A stretch of DNA of 34,501 bases, taken from Reclinomonas americana ATCC 50394. Taxonomy: Eukaryota. Numbering within the stretch: the stretch's first letter is position 1; the number at the start of each line of letters is the position of its first letter. The translations under genes were made by a program, and so were the position numbers. Below, in pieces: positions 1 to 15,424 of this stretch. The notes under the pieces were generated by a model. That model was not told the DNA's origin. It did no database searches and saw nothing but the letters and a program-made list of their open reading frames with translations. The stretch spans positions 86,301 to 120,801 of the forward strand of contig PS015012.1 of assembly GCA_048213135.1 (NCBI GenBank), read 5' to 3'.

Positions 1-99
1 CAGAGAGAGAGAGAGGCGCGGAATTGCCACTCGTGCGTGCGCGTGTGTCTCACTCAGTCACGTGTATGCGTGCGTGTGCGCGCGGACTCAGAGTTGACT

Positions 100-154
100 G
101 CACTCCGTGTGAGATCTCCGTCGCGGCGAGAACGAAATCGAGGACATCGGACAT
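100..154 (-). CDS. Possible first exon of the next gene (MSDVLDFVLAATEISHG), running off the window
   Basis: ATG about 100 bp beyond the ARPC5 stop, followed by GTGCAG and a microsatellite-rich stretch resembling local introns; no homology recognised. Confidence 0.25.
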
Positions 155-250
155 AACCCATAACTTCACGCCCCTTCATTCGCAAACATCATCTCTCCTC
201 CTCCTCCTCCTCCACAACAACAACAAACAACAAACAAAACCACACTCCCC

Positions 251-1644
251 TTAAAGCGACTGGTTCTTCTCGACGAGGACACGCACAATGCATCCGAGGC
301 CGGCCTTGTCGGCGAGCTTCGCGTGCCACTTGAAGAGTTGACTGGCGCTGAGGCCCTTGCTGAGGCCCGCGTAGATCACCTGGGGGGAGAAGAAGGAGGA
401 GAAGAAGAAGAAAAGGGGGGTGTCAGCGGAAGGGAGAGACGAAGGGAAAGGGAAGGACGGAAGGGGTGGGGAAGAATTTAGAGGAGAGAAGAATGAAAGA
501 GAAAGAGGTGAGGAAATGTAGAAGAGGCGAGAAGACAAGGGAAGAGAAGAGGAGGAGGATGAAGAGAGGAGGAGATGGAGGAGGAGGACGAGCGGAGAGA
601 ACAAATGAAGAAGAAGAGAAGGGAAGAATGGAAGTGCAGAGAGGAGAAGAGAAAGAGAGAAAGAAAGGCAGTAGGAGAGGAAAAATGAAGGAGAAGAAAG
701 ACAAAAGAAGAGAGGAGGACAAGGAGGAGGAGAAGAAGAGAATGGCAGAGAAGGGAAGAGAATGACAGAGAAGGGAGGAGAGAAGAGAGGAGGAGAAAGA
801 GAATGCAGTAGAGAAGACAAGAGAAGGAATGACAGGAAGAGGAAAAATGAGGAAGAAGAAGAGAAGGGAAGATAACAGAAGAACAAACGAGAAGAGAAGA
901 GGAGAGGTGAGTATGCAACACAGATCAATAGAAAGAGAGAGGCCCAGCATGCAGACTTCCCACTGTGACCGACCTTCATCAACACATCCTGCTCCTCAAT
1001 CGACAGACCATCCAATGCACGATCAATGTCGCTCTCCTTGGCCGCCGCCAGCGCCATCACTACTGCTGCCACTGTCTTCTCCTGCACTCACACGAGATCA
1101 ATAAAAATAAAAAAGGCGTGAGTCATTCCCTCTCTCTCACACACTCTCGCTTGTTCATGCACACACGGACCTTGATGTCCGTCGACTCGGCGTATGGTGG
1201 ATTCGACAGCAGCACATGCAGCGCCTGACCAATGTCACCACTGCGAGGAGAGAGAGAAAGAGAGTGTCAATCAATCAACTCCTCCACAATCAACTCGACA
1301 CATGCGCACACATGATGCAGTCGCGTGTGAGTGAGACAGACAGAGAAAGACACGAGTGTGTGCGTGTGAGAAAGAGCGAGTGAGTGAGTGAGAGAGGAAA
1401 AACCCCGAAGGTCATGTCATCACACACACACGCGCACTTGCACACACATGCACACACAAGCGCTGTCAGAAAGAGCGCACAGAGAGGCACACGCGGGTGT
1501 GCACACAGACACGTGCGCGAGTGCGTGCGTGTGTGTGCGACATGCCGACTCACTGCAAATAGAAAAAGCCTGTCTGAGAGAGTCATGCACTCACCCGCCT
1601 GCCGCCTTGCGCGCCTCTGCCTCCTTTACTCGCACACCGTCCAT
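251..1644 (-). CDS. ARPC5: Arp2/3 complex subunit 5 (p16-Arc); 4 exons 1644-1595, 1240-1171, 1081-974, 379-251
   Basis: Spliced product MDGVRVKEAEARKAAGGGDIGQALHVLLSNPPY...DVLMKVIYAGLSKG..SASQLFKWHAKLADKAGLGCIVRVL matches the ARPC5 C-terminal signature (DxLMKxIYxG...LLxWH...GxGxIVRV); all introns are GT-AG and preserve frame. Confidence 0.92.
381..945 (+). repeat. About 560-nt purine-rich (GA/GAA/GGA) low-complexity tract filling ARPC5 intron 3
   Basis: The plus strand is almost entirely A/G; it reads as a polypyrimidine tract on the transcribed (minus) strand. Confidence 0.9.
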
Positions 1645-1742
1645 TAGAGCTCTCACTGTGAGAAACACACGCAGATGATAATCACGGCCAATCACTGGCG
1701 CAGCGAGCACCGACTGTCCGTCTTGTCTCACTCTTCGCACAC

Positions 1743-3795
1743 ATGGACGTGTCCTTTGGAGGAGCCTCTCTGGGCATCCTCGTGTGCCAGAGTGTGTATG
1801 CAGCGCTGCTGGTTGCCGGTTTGTCGTGGATGATTGTGTGGAGAAAGGTGTGTTTTTTTCGCGCGCGCGTGTTACTCTTTATCTCACTGCAGCTGTGTGT
1901 GTGTCTCTCATAGAGACCACCAGTGGCACAGCGGTCTGTGTGGCTGGTGTCCGGCTCGGTGATCGGACTCTCCATGTTTATCTGCTTCTCGGTGTTTTTC
2001 CGCGCCAATGCCAACGGACCCACACTCAGTCACACCGCCGACTTTATCTCCGACATTGGTGGGCACTCTCACACACACACACACTCTCACACTCTCTTCC
2101 TCTTCTAAATTCATGTGCAGGATTCACGTGTTATTTGGCAAGCACATTTCTGCGCATTTATCGCCTGCGTGTGCTGTACGATGCCAACATTGAGAAGGTG
2201 TTGATGAATGAGCAAGAACATGGTGCACTGGCACAGCCGCACTCCCTGGATGCAGCAGGAGCTGGTTTGTGAGGGGCGCGACTCTACCAATTATGCGATG
2301 CAAATGTGATTTGCGTTGGTCGCCTGAAACATTGCGTGCGCATGCAGCGGATGTCAGGCGGAGTATGCAGGCGCGCGGAGCTGCTGTGATTGCGAGTTAC
2401 CTGGCGGTGCACAAGCGCAAAATAAGACCGGCAGTGCTCTGGTTTTGGTTCTTGGCCATCATGTGCATACGCATCTCCATGGCTGTGTTCGGCTTTTTCC
2501 GCACGGATCCGGTGCAAGTTTCGCCTCTTGCATGCTGCAACTGTGGTGTTTAATGGTTGACCGTCGTGCGCAGAATGTGTTCTCGTATTTGGACACGGTG
2601 ATGGGCTCGCTGACCTCGGCCATCTTCATCGTTGTCTTCATCATCTACTCGTACCGGCTGCGCGTCGTCAACGACGCATTCGGGCAGACGCTTGAGCTGT
2701 ATACCACGTCCACTGCCAGTATCATTGGATGTGCCATTGATCAGTTTGTGGAGTGGGGCGACACGGCCACGTGGGCCGACTGGCTCTTTGAGGCCCTGCA
2801 GCTGCTGCTGTTCGTGCTGGCAGTTTGTGTGCCCATCTTCGTCAGCTTCAAGTGCGTACAACATCGCCTTCTCCATCTTCCCCCCTCCCACTCACTCTTC
2901 TCTCCGCAGATGGGCGCGGCACAGCACCCTGCACACGATCCGCAACACCAGCCTGCAACGACAGCGATCACGAGCCGCGTCCGGCTTTTCTCTCACCGAA
3001 TCGCTCACGGAGAGTGTACTACCGATCCTCGAGGACTCCGAGGGCCGTGCAGCACTGCACGCGTTCCTCGTACGCGAATTCAACGTCGAGTTGCTGTATT
3101 TTTATGGTGCGTATCGATGAAACTCATATCGGATATTAACCGTGCTCACTGCAACTCGTGGGCGCACAGACGACGTGGTGCGCTACAAGAAGCTGGGTGA
3201 GTGATCGCACGTATTCTTTGTCTCCCTTCTCTCTACAAAAAAGTAACATGCGCGTGCGCGTGCACTCAGCGGCTGAATCTAACAACTCGGCGACGCTACT
3301 GTCGACGGCCAGAGTCATGGTGGCCAAGTACTTTGAGGTGGACAGCGTCATGGAACTGAGTTGCGTGATACGCCACGTCTCGTCTCACTCGCCGCGGTGC
3401 GCCTGCGCCCTCATTGTGTGCATCGAATGAGCAGATGTTTCGGCGCCCGAGCGGGACTCGGTCATGAACGCTGTGCGGGGCGGAGTTGTATCCAAGTCCA
3501 CCTTTGACAGGTTTCGTGAGCGCGCGCGTATGTGTGTTGTAACGAGGGCGGCGACTCAGCGTCTATTCGTATGCGATGGTGCAGACCGTTTCACTCGATC
3601 ATGCTGACCATGCACCAAGACACGTATCCGCGCTTCGTCAAATCGGCAGAGTACAAGAGCAGTCTCCAACGAAGTCTGCTGTCCAGCGCCCGACTCAACT
3701 TCCTCCAGGGAAGCGATATGGAGCTCAGAAAAATCATCATGGACGAGGACGCTGAAGAGGAGGAGGCAGCTCGCGTTCTCGGCGCGAGGAGATAG
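1743..3795 (+). CDS. Multi-pass membrane protein with C-terminal RGS domain (7TM-RGS type); about 10 exons
   Basis: Hydrophobic helices with a WRK-RPPVAQRSVWL motif, then an RGS box: ILEDSEGRAALHAFLVREFNVELLYFYDDV..Y..L...KYFEVDSVMELNVSAPERD...FDRPFHSIMLTMHQDTYPRFVKSAEY. Introns restore frame. Confidence 0.85.
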
Positions 3796-3833
3796 CGATT
3801 TCCATTACACAATTTACTAAAATACTATGTTGC

Positions 3834-5219
3834 TCAGTCAGGCGATCGCGTCTCGAAAAGAGTGGTGTACACCTCCGTGGTGCCTGCTGCAGGTCCACTC
3901 AGCAGTGCGTGGGCGCGCTCCAGCTCAGCGACGACGCGTGGTAGGGTGTCGCGCGTCAGGTGGCGAGCGGCATTCCACCCCGGCGCCACGGGATCCTCCA
4001 CCGCAAAGAGCCACGCCTTGTGGTCACGCCGGAAATCGGTCTTGGTGCCAAGCGCTCCGCTGGTCACCGACAGGACGTGCTTGCGCATGTCAAAGGCGCC
4101 GCCGACGAGGAACTCAAAGAAGCCGCGCACCAGCGCACCGAGTGTCAGGCCGCTCTCATCCAACTCGCCAAACAGCTGCTGCCATCGCCAATCGTCGTCC
4201 TCGTCTTGCTCCTCCTCCCCCTCCTCCCCCTCTGCTCCCTCTGTGTCCTCCACCTCCGCGTCCACACACTCGTCGTAGTCTTCGTAGGATGACGCCATGC
4301 GCGTGTCGACAGGCGGCAGACCGTGAATCACTTGCAAGTATGCTGCGCATGTACGGAACATGAATGATGTTTCTCGGGTTGGAAGAGCACGCCGCCACGA
4401 ACCAACAGCTATCAAGCTCCAGCAGTACGAGGTGGGCGTGCCGTCGCGCGAACAGTTGATCGCTCGCCGCTTGGCCCAGTGTCTGCAGCAGGTCAGCAAA
4501 AGGAGAGAACGCACGACAGCGGAGGAACACAACGCACTTGACCAGCAGGATCAGGAGTCGCGCGACTGCAAACTCCTCGACAAAGAGGCGCAGGAGGTGC
4601 GTGTTGCACAGCGCGTCGGTGTTGTTGACACTAACATCGGCATCGAAACCACTATCGGAAAAAACAAGAAGAGACAACTCAGTTGCTGCAAAAGAGAGAT
4701 GCAACAAGCTTCCAAGGCCGCAACGTCTGCGTATCACGAAAGCGCACAATAGGCACGCGAGCCTCATCCACGAGCTCCACATTCTCAAAAGCTCCGCTCT
4801 CCGCGCGCCTCTTGCTGACCAATTGCGCGCGCACCTGCTTCAGCACGCGGATCTGCATGTCGACCGAGTGCCACTCGCTGTGCACAATGCACACGTCGAC
4901 ATCGACGTTGCCACGCAAGGCCATGCCCGAGATGAGGCTGCCAAAGACGTGCACGCGTGGAGCACTCCTCGCTGAGCTCATAATTAGCTGCGGACAACAC
5001 GCTCTTTGTCTCTCTCTCTCTCACACACACACCTGCAAGCTTGCTCGCGGCAGCCTCCACCAGTGGCCGCACACGACGAGCGACAAAGAGCAGTGCTCGT
5101 CGTCGAGTGCGCCAGGGCTCGGCGACTTGGCGCACCACTGCCCGCACATGCGCCTCCAGCTCAATGGGATCACAGGCGACTGCCTCTGCTACTCTCCGCC
5201 TGCTGCCTCCACTGGCCAT
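3834..5219 (-). CDS. Cid1/GLD2/TUT-family terminal nucleotidyltransferase; 5 exons
   Basis: Pol-beta motif VHVFGSLISGMALRGNVDVDVCI, then ARVPIVRF, DADVSVNN, LVKHWAKRRAIN..GTPTSY, and PAP-associated LGALVRGFFEF...VEDPVAPGWNAAR. Confidence 0.9.
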
Positions 5220-5334
5220 TCAGAGAGCGTTGTTAAAGCGGGGGGAGACACGATGGATTTTTAATTTTCCTTGGTTGGTTGGTTGAAGAAGAACAGACCA
5301 AGACGTGATGCAGGCAGCGCGCGCATGCGCACTC

Positions 5335-7288
5335 TCAACGCCGCGTCTGCTGTTGCCGCAGCAGGGCCTCGGCAAAGCCCTCCAGGTCCTGCTCGATCTC
5401 GCCCGTTCTTGTCTTTACCCACTGGTCGAGCACCGTCTGCTCATCGCGCAGGAATTGCTGGAGAGCCACGTCCACTGCGTTGCGACTGGTCAGCATGCAG
5501 CAAGCGAGAGGGAGACGTGGAGGAGACGGAGAAGGGAGAACCTTGCTCGAGGAGCTGCTTCCGATAGGCGTCCACGCGTGACTCGGTTTCATGCGCAAAC
5601 TCCTGGCTCTTCTGCTTGAGATCAGAGAACAAAAACTCACGCCGCTCCTGCAACTTGCGCTGTCCCAACATGTCCAGGCCCTGCGCACAAACACAATGAG
5701 GACGCAGCATTCCGGCAGGATGTCATGTGGAAGGCTGGTCGCACCGACACTTGCGGCAACCGTGGTACCGGCGGCAACGAGGCCGGTGCCATGGGTGCCG
5801 GCAGCAGTGAACCGGGTGCCTGCCTTGGTGCCACCGCTGGCATGCCCGCCGACATTCCACCCTGCACAATCCACACGTGTAGGTAACACAGCAAGCCGAG
5901 CACGCGTCACACGATGCAGGCGTACGCGCGCGCGCAAACCATTCCAAACGATTGCGGTGCGGCCGAGTGCGCGCCGCCCATAAACCCAGTCGCCACTGAA
6001 GGCGCCCCTGCCTCTGTTTGTGATGTGCACGCAAAAAGCGGTGAGTAAAGCAAACCACCATCGACCGAGAAGACGCCCAGCGACGCACGATTGCGCATGA
6101 ATGGCATGCCGGGTGCCACAGAGCCGCCCATTGGATCGTGAGCCTGTGCGCGGCAAGCAAATGAGCGTCGACACTTCCTCACACACTCTCTCGCTCACTC
6201 ACCTGAGGGAAAGGAACAGCTGGCGGCATCATGCCTGGTGCGCCCATGACACCACCCACCGCGACACCCATCATGCCCACCGCTCCATGCCCACCCATCA
6301 TGGGGAACTGCTGCTGCTGCTGCTGCTGCTGCGGCATGGTCATCGCCGCGTTGGCTTTCCGCAGCACCGTGATGCTCAGTGGCACCGCACTCAACTCCCC
6401 GCTCGTCGTTTTCGCTGACACACAGCAGTGAGCCAAACGACAACGCAAGAGCGGGAGGCTGAGAACGCACTGGGATAGCCGACCACGGTAATGACATCGC
6501 CGGGGACCAAGCTGTCAACGACACCGCGCAGATCTCCACGAAAGTCACTGACACGCACACACCCACACACATTGAGCGTGGAAGGATGGAGCAAAAGGCG
6601 CGCGCACACACGCAACGTCTGATCACACATGAGCTGAAACTTGACGACATCGTCGCCCTTGATGTCGACGAAATGCAGACGCTGGTTCACCGTTCGCTTG
6701 CGCGTCACCGTGCCTACACACACACAAGTCAGCGCACACAGAGATAGAGAGAAGAGCACGCGCGCGCGCACGCACCTCCAATCGTCTCCACGCACTGCCG
6801 CCGTCGCTCATTGGCCACCACCGACGCGTACTTGGTGCGAAACTCCTCCAGCGACAGACGCCCTCCACTGCCACCACCACCACCACCATGTCGCTGCACA
6901 CACATACACACCACTCAACACACACATGCGCGCGCGTGTGCATCACTCTCACAGACACACACACCTGCACAGCAGCCGCGGCCGCTGCAGCCGCTGCTGC
7001 AGCTGCTGCTGCCTGTTGCGCCGGCGTTGTTGTTGTTGTTGCCACTGCCACTGCTGCAGCACCTCCATTCACTCTTCGCTGTTGCTGCTGCAGCTGCTGG
7101 GGAGCAGCAGGTGCTTGCTGATCAGTCTTTTGTCGCTTGAAATGAGGTTCGCGACTGTCATCCTCCTCCTCCTCGTCGTCCTCGTCTTCGTTATGGTTCC
7201 TCTCGTGGTCAGCCTCCTCCTCCTCTTCCTCTGCTCCTTCTCTTGCTGGATCGTCGTCTTCTGCGTCGTCACGCAACGCTCTCTTCAT
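5335..7288 (-). CDS. Protein with acidic/low-complexity N-terminus, LysRS-type anticodon-binding OB fold, Q/M/G/P-rich region and coiled-coil C-terminus; no synthetase catalytic domain
   Basis: Spliced LSLEEFRTKY...GTVTRKRTVNQRLHFVDIKGDDVVKFQLMCDQT.DFRGDLRGVVDSLVPGDVITVVGYPTKTTSGELSAVPLSITVL resembles the class II LysRS N-terminal OB domain (GDIIGVxGxPGKTKxGELS). Confidence 0.75.
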
Positions 7289-7360
7289 TTGTGTGCGTGT
7301 GTGTGAGTGAAATTTTGCGCGATCACACTGCAGCGTTGTGTGTGTGCGTGAGCGCGCGTG

Positions 7361-7814
7361 ATGTTGATCCCTGTGCGGTGAGTCATCTTGCGTTCGTGCT
7401 GCAAACGAGCGCGCGCGTGTGTGTGTGTGTGTGTGCCTGCGCGCGCGCGTGTGTCACATGTCGTGCTCATCGCTCTCTCTCTCTCACACGCGCACAGGTG
7501 TTTCACGTGTGGCAAGGTTGGATGCTTCGTGTAGCTCGTTCATGCCTCCCCCTGCGCCGCTCACGCATGCGTTGCAGGTCATTGGCAACAAGTGGGAGCT
7601 CTACACCAAGTTGCTAACAGAGCAGGACTACCCCGAGAGGTTCGTCGTCGTCGTCGCATCCCACTCTCTCTCTCACACACACGAGTGTTTGACTGTGAGC
7701 GTGTGTGGTGTGCGCAGTGAGGCACTGGACGAGCTGGGACTGCGACGATACTGCTGCCGTCGCATGTTGCTCACGCATGTGGATTTGATTGAGAAGTTGT
7801 TGCAGTATCGCTGA
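7361..7814 (+). CDS. RPB10: RNA polymerase I/II/III subunit RPABC5 (Rpb10); exons 7361-7377, 7498-7516, 7578-7639, 7718-7814
   Basis: Spliced [21 protein letters not shown]...[32 protein letters not shown]. Confidence 0.96.
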
Positions 7815-7961
7815 TGTGTGCTGCTGCACGCGTGAATGAATCGCACCGCCCACAAGGCCCTGTTTAGTGACCCCTCCCTCTGGCACACACGTCGTCGTCC
7901 ACGCAAGTTCCAAGTTGAACAAGACGTCGTCCTGCACGCACGAGAAGAGTGTGTCACAAGC

Positions 7962-8613
7962 ATGAGTGGAGACGGCGATCGTGCGGCTGCTCGCATGGCA
8001 GAGGCCATTGGGGGGCGCACGGGTGTGCCCGGTCGCACGTTCGGGCAGCGACTGCGCGCGCATCGACTGCAATTCGCCACTGTTGCGCAAAGAAGCAACA
8101 CGCTCCTCTCTCATACACACACTCTCACTCACACACACACACGCATGCGCAGGCGGCACTGGCGGGTCTGTCATTCGGCCTCTCCTTCCAGGTGTACATG
8201 CGCTCGCGGCGCGTGCAGGAGCTGGAGGGTGAGCTGGAACGCGAGAGATACGCAAGGTCGGTGATTGCATCCACTCTCTCTCTCTCTCTCTCGTGTGGCT
8301 CACGGAGGAGGGACGGTGGGGCAGGCAGCAGACGGCGGCGGTGGCCACCGATGTGGCTCGTGTGCTTTCGGAGACGGCGTCGACGGGTGAGGCCGGCGAG
8401 CGGGGACGACAGGCGCTGCGGATGCTGGAGCGCATTGACGATAGCATGCAACAGCAGACGACGGCAGTGTTTGACCAGCAACGCAGTTGCGTGGACACGC
8501 TTGTATCGTTGTTGACTTATTCGCGCTCATCAAGAGCAACAGGTGCCCCTCCTCCTTCGGCCTCGCAATTACCGCCGAGCGACGGACAACCCAAGCCCGT
8601 CCGCATGGTTTGA
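7962..8613 (+). CDS. Small hypothetical protein with one hydrophobic segment followed by a coiled coil; probably 3 exons
   Basis: MSGDGDRAA...RLQFAT|AALAGLSFGLSFQVYMRSRRVQELEGELERERYAR|QQTAAVATDVARVL...; microsatellite-rich introns preserve frame; no family recognised. Confidence 0.55.
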
Positions 8614-8749
8614 TCTCTCTCTCTTTCCCCTTTTCTTCTCCCGCACATCAATCGTTTAGAATGCCCGACATATACATTGAGTGGTAATCGCCTTCAAACT
8701 TTCTACGGGACTGGCAAAACATAGTTGATTAGGGGTGGGTGGGAGTGTT

Positions 8750-12496
<3,747 letters not shown>

Positions 12497-12773
12497 GTTT
12501 GGAGAGAAGAGGGATTTGTTGTCTGTGTGCGTGGAGCGCGCGAGAATTCAGTGATCACACACACTCAACGGGAAGAAAAGACACACGCCCACGCGAGTGG
12601 GAAAGGAGACAAGGGAGGGAACGCACTGGAAGAAAGTTGAAGTTGGAAGGGTTTCGCAAGTCGGAGGGATGCGAAGGGATAACGAATGCGTGCGAATGAG
12701 AAGCGAAGATAACTGGGTCGGTTGATTCGGCGGAGGTTCGAAATCACTTTTTTCACACACACACTCACACGCA

Positions 12774-13442
12774 ATGGCGGCTTCTGCATCGAACGGCGGC
12801 ATGGAGGACCTGCCCGACTTTGAGGACCTGGACGAGTTGTTGCAGGGTCACGCCGAGCCGGAGCTCGTTGAGAAGAAGTTCCGTCACTCTTTATCTTTCT
12901 CTCCACTCTTGTCTCTCGCTCTCCGCTGTGAGCATTCCTACACGCTCCTTCTTTGTATCCTGTGTGTGTATGTTCTCCTGCACAAAGGAGAAGTGTGTGT
13001 GTGTGTTTGTGCGTGCGCTGTCTCGGGAAATGGCAAACCCCCGGCGTGTGCGTGTCTTCTCCGCACCCGGCTCCTGTGCTTCCTGCCCCGTGTCGCGTCG
13101 TGCCTGCCGAAGCAGTGTGCGGAGGAGAGGAGAGGAGAGGGCAAGGGGCGTGGGTCACAGTGCGTGCAACTGAACCAGGTCCAGTTGGTGTTGTCCGTCA
13201 CGCTGGAACTCGCCCCCCTCTTCCCTCCTTGCACTGTTCGTTGAGCTTCTCGGGGCACGCACTTGTTCCTCCATGCCTCCTCCTCTTCTCCCTCTCCTTT
13301 CTCCACCTCGCGACAACACACTTGTCGTTGTTGTGTCTTTCGTCCCGACATGCCGCCATGCACATGTCCGCCTCCTCCTCGCCCTCCTTCCCCCTCGTGC
13401 CACTCACCGCACTCTGCTGCAACACACAGGGCTAATGCCTAC
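12774..13442 (+). CDS. UAP56: UAP56/SUB2 DECD helicase, exon 1 (12774-12877) and start of exon 2 (13430-13442)
   Basis: MAASASNGGMEDLPDFEDLDELL...EKK|ANAY continues directly into [11 protein letters not shown] on the inverted contig. Confidence 0.8.
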
Positions 13443-14574
13443 NNNNNNNNNNNNNNNNNNNNNNNNNNNNNNNNNNNNNNNNNNNNNNNNNNNNNNNNNN
13501 NNNNNNNNNNNNNNNNNNNNNNNNNNNNNNNNNNNNNNNNNNNNNNNNNNNNNNNNNNNNNNNNNNNNNNNNNNNNNNNNNNNNNNNNNNNNNNNNNNNN
13601 NNNNNNNNNNNNNNNNNNNNNNNNNNNNNNNNNNNNNNNNNNNNNNNNNNNNNNNNNNNNNNNNNNNNNNNNNNNNNNNNNNNNNNNNNNNNNNNNNNNN
13701 NNNNNNNNNNNNNNNNNNNNNNNNNNNNNNNNNNNNNNNNNNNNNNNNNNNNNNNNNNNNNNNNNNNNNNNNNNNNNNNNNNNNNNNNNNNNNNNNNNNN
13801 NNNNNNNNNNNNNNNNNNNNNNNNNNNNNNNNNNNNNNNNNNNNNNNNNNNNNNNNNNNNNNNNNNNNNNNNNNNNNNNNNNNNNNNNNNNNNNNNNNNN
13901 NNNNNNNNNNNNNNNNNNNNNNNNNNNNNNNNNNNNNNNNNNNNNNNNNNNNNNNNNNNNNNNNNNNNNNNNNNNNNNNNNNGAGAGGAAAGGGTGCGAT
14001 GCAGAGAAGAAGAAGAAAGGGAAAAAACGGCCATCCCAGTCGCCCGGCGTCGACCCCCGCCACAAACAAGGGTCGGCAGCCTCCAGCCAGTCGCCGCCAT
14101 CGTTATCACTTCCACGTCGTCAACCGAGATCGATCCTCCACGCCCCCGCACAACCGCAGTGCACACCACAGCCACACACGGCCGCAAGACGGGCGGGATA
14201 CCACGAGCAAGGCGCACACAAGGAACGAAACGAGCCGCACAGCGCAGGAGACCGGCTCGGCTCCCAATGCTCCCCCTCCACAAAAAAATCAAGCACGCGA
14301 CAAAACACGAGCTGAAGTGGTCGCGGAAAGATTGTTGCGGAAGGCGCACAAGAGAGGCAAGGAAGGTGGTGGTGGTGGTGGTGGAGGCGGCGGACGATGA
14401 AAACAAGGAAACCCACGCGCGCGCGGAAAAAATGCAAGCCTCCGCCACTCGACGACACCGTTGCTCACACAACAACAAAGTGCCTCCAGTCCGTGACGTG
14501 GTGGTGGTGGTGGTGGTGGTACAAAAATGACGCTCCCGCTCCCGCTGCATCTTCTTCCTCTGCTCGTTGCTCAC

Positions 14575-15424
14575 CCTCGCTGGGCGCCTCCCAACCCTTG
14601 TCGGTGATGGCGCGCAAGATCTCCGGCTTGAGCGAAAAATCGCGGAAGCCCGAGGTGGAGACGCCGGCNNNNNNNNNNNNNNNNNNNNNNNNNNNNNNNN
14701 NNNNNNNNNNNNNNNNNNNNNNNNNNNNNNNNNNNNNNNNNNNNNNNNNNNNNNNNNNNNNNNNNNNNNNNNNNNNNNNNNNNNNNNNNNNNTTATAGAA
14801 TAGAGGAGGGGTGGCGCACAGCACACGCAACGTTCTGCATGAACTTGTTCACAATCGGCAAAATGTCCTTGCCAATGGTGGCCGAGAACATCATGACTTG
14901 CTTCTTGTGCGGGGTGGCCTTGAACACCTGCTGCACCTGGCGGCGCATGGCCACGTTGGCCAGCAGGTGATCGCACTCGTCGAGCACAAAGTGCCTGACG
15001 TGGCTCAGGTTGAGCGCCTTGCGCTCGACAAGGTCCATCACACGGCCGGGAGTGCCGACCACAATGTGTGGCGGCTTCTCCTTTTGCAGCATCTGGACGT
15101 GCTGATCCACAGGCACACCTACATGTCGTCCACGGGTGAGAACAGGCAGCACGCGAATGTCGACAAGATTAGACTCACCGCCCAAGAACACCATGATGCG
15201 GGGCGCCGGACTGGTAATGTACACCGACAGCTGCTCCAACTCGCGCTGAATCTGGAACGCCAGCTCGCGGGTGTGGCCGAGCACCACGGCCAACGTCTGG
15301 TCCTGGTCAAAGTCGAGCTGCTGCAGCAAGCTGATCACGAACACGGCCGTCTTGCCGAGACCCGACTTGCCCTGGCAGATGAGGTCCGAGCCGAGGACGG
15401 CCTGTGGGATGGCCTCGAATTGCA
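14575..15424 (-). CDS. UAP56: UAP56/SUB2 exons on two inverted contigs (14668-14575; 15424-15179; 15118-14832); C-terminal half not in the assembled sequence
   Basis: [88 protein letters not shown]. Confidence 0.93.

Noticed and set aside
423-1104. K/R/E-rich and F/L/S-rich ORFs over the purine tract
   Set aside because: By-products of low-complexity sequence inside ARPC5 intron 3.
7805-7870. GTATCG at the RPB10 3' end as a U12 GT-AG donor
   Set aside because: Lacks CCTT, and read-through gives the conserved LLQY followed by a stop.
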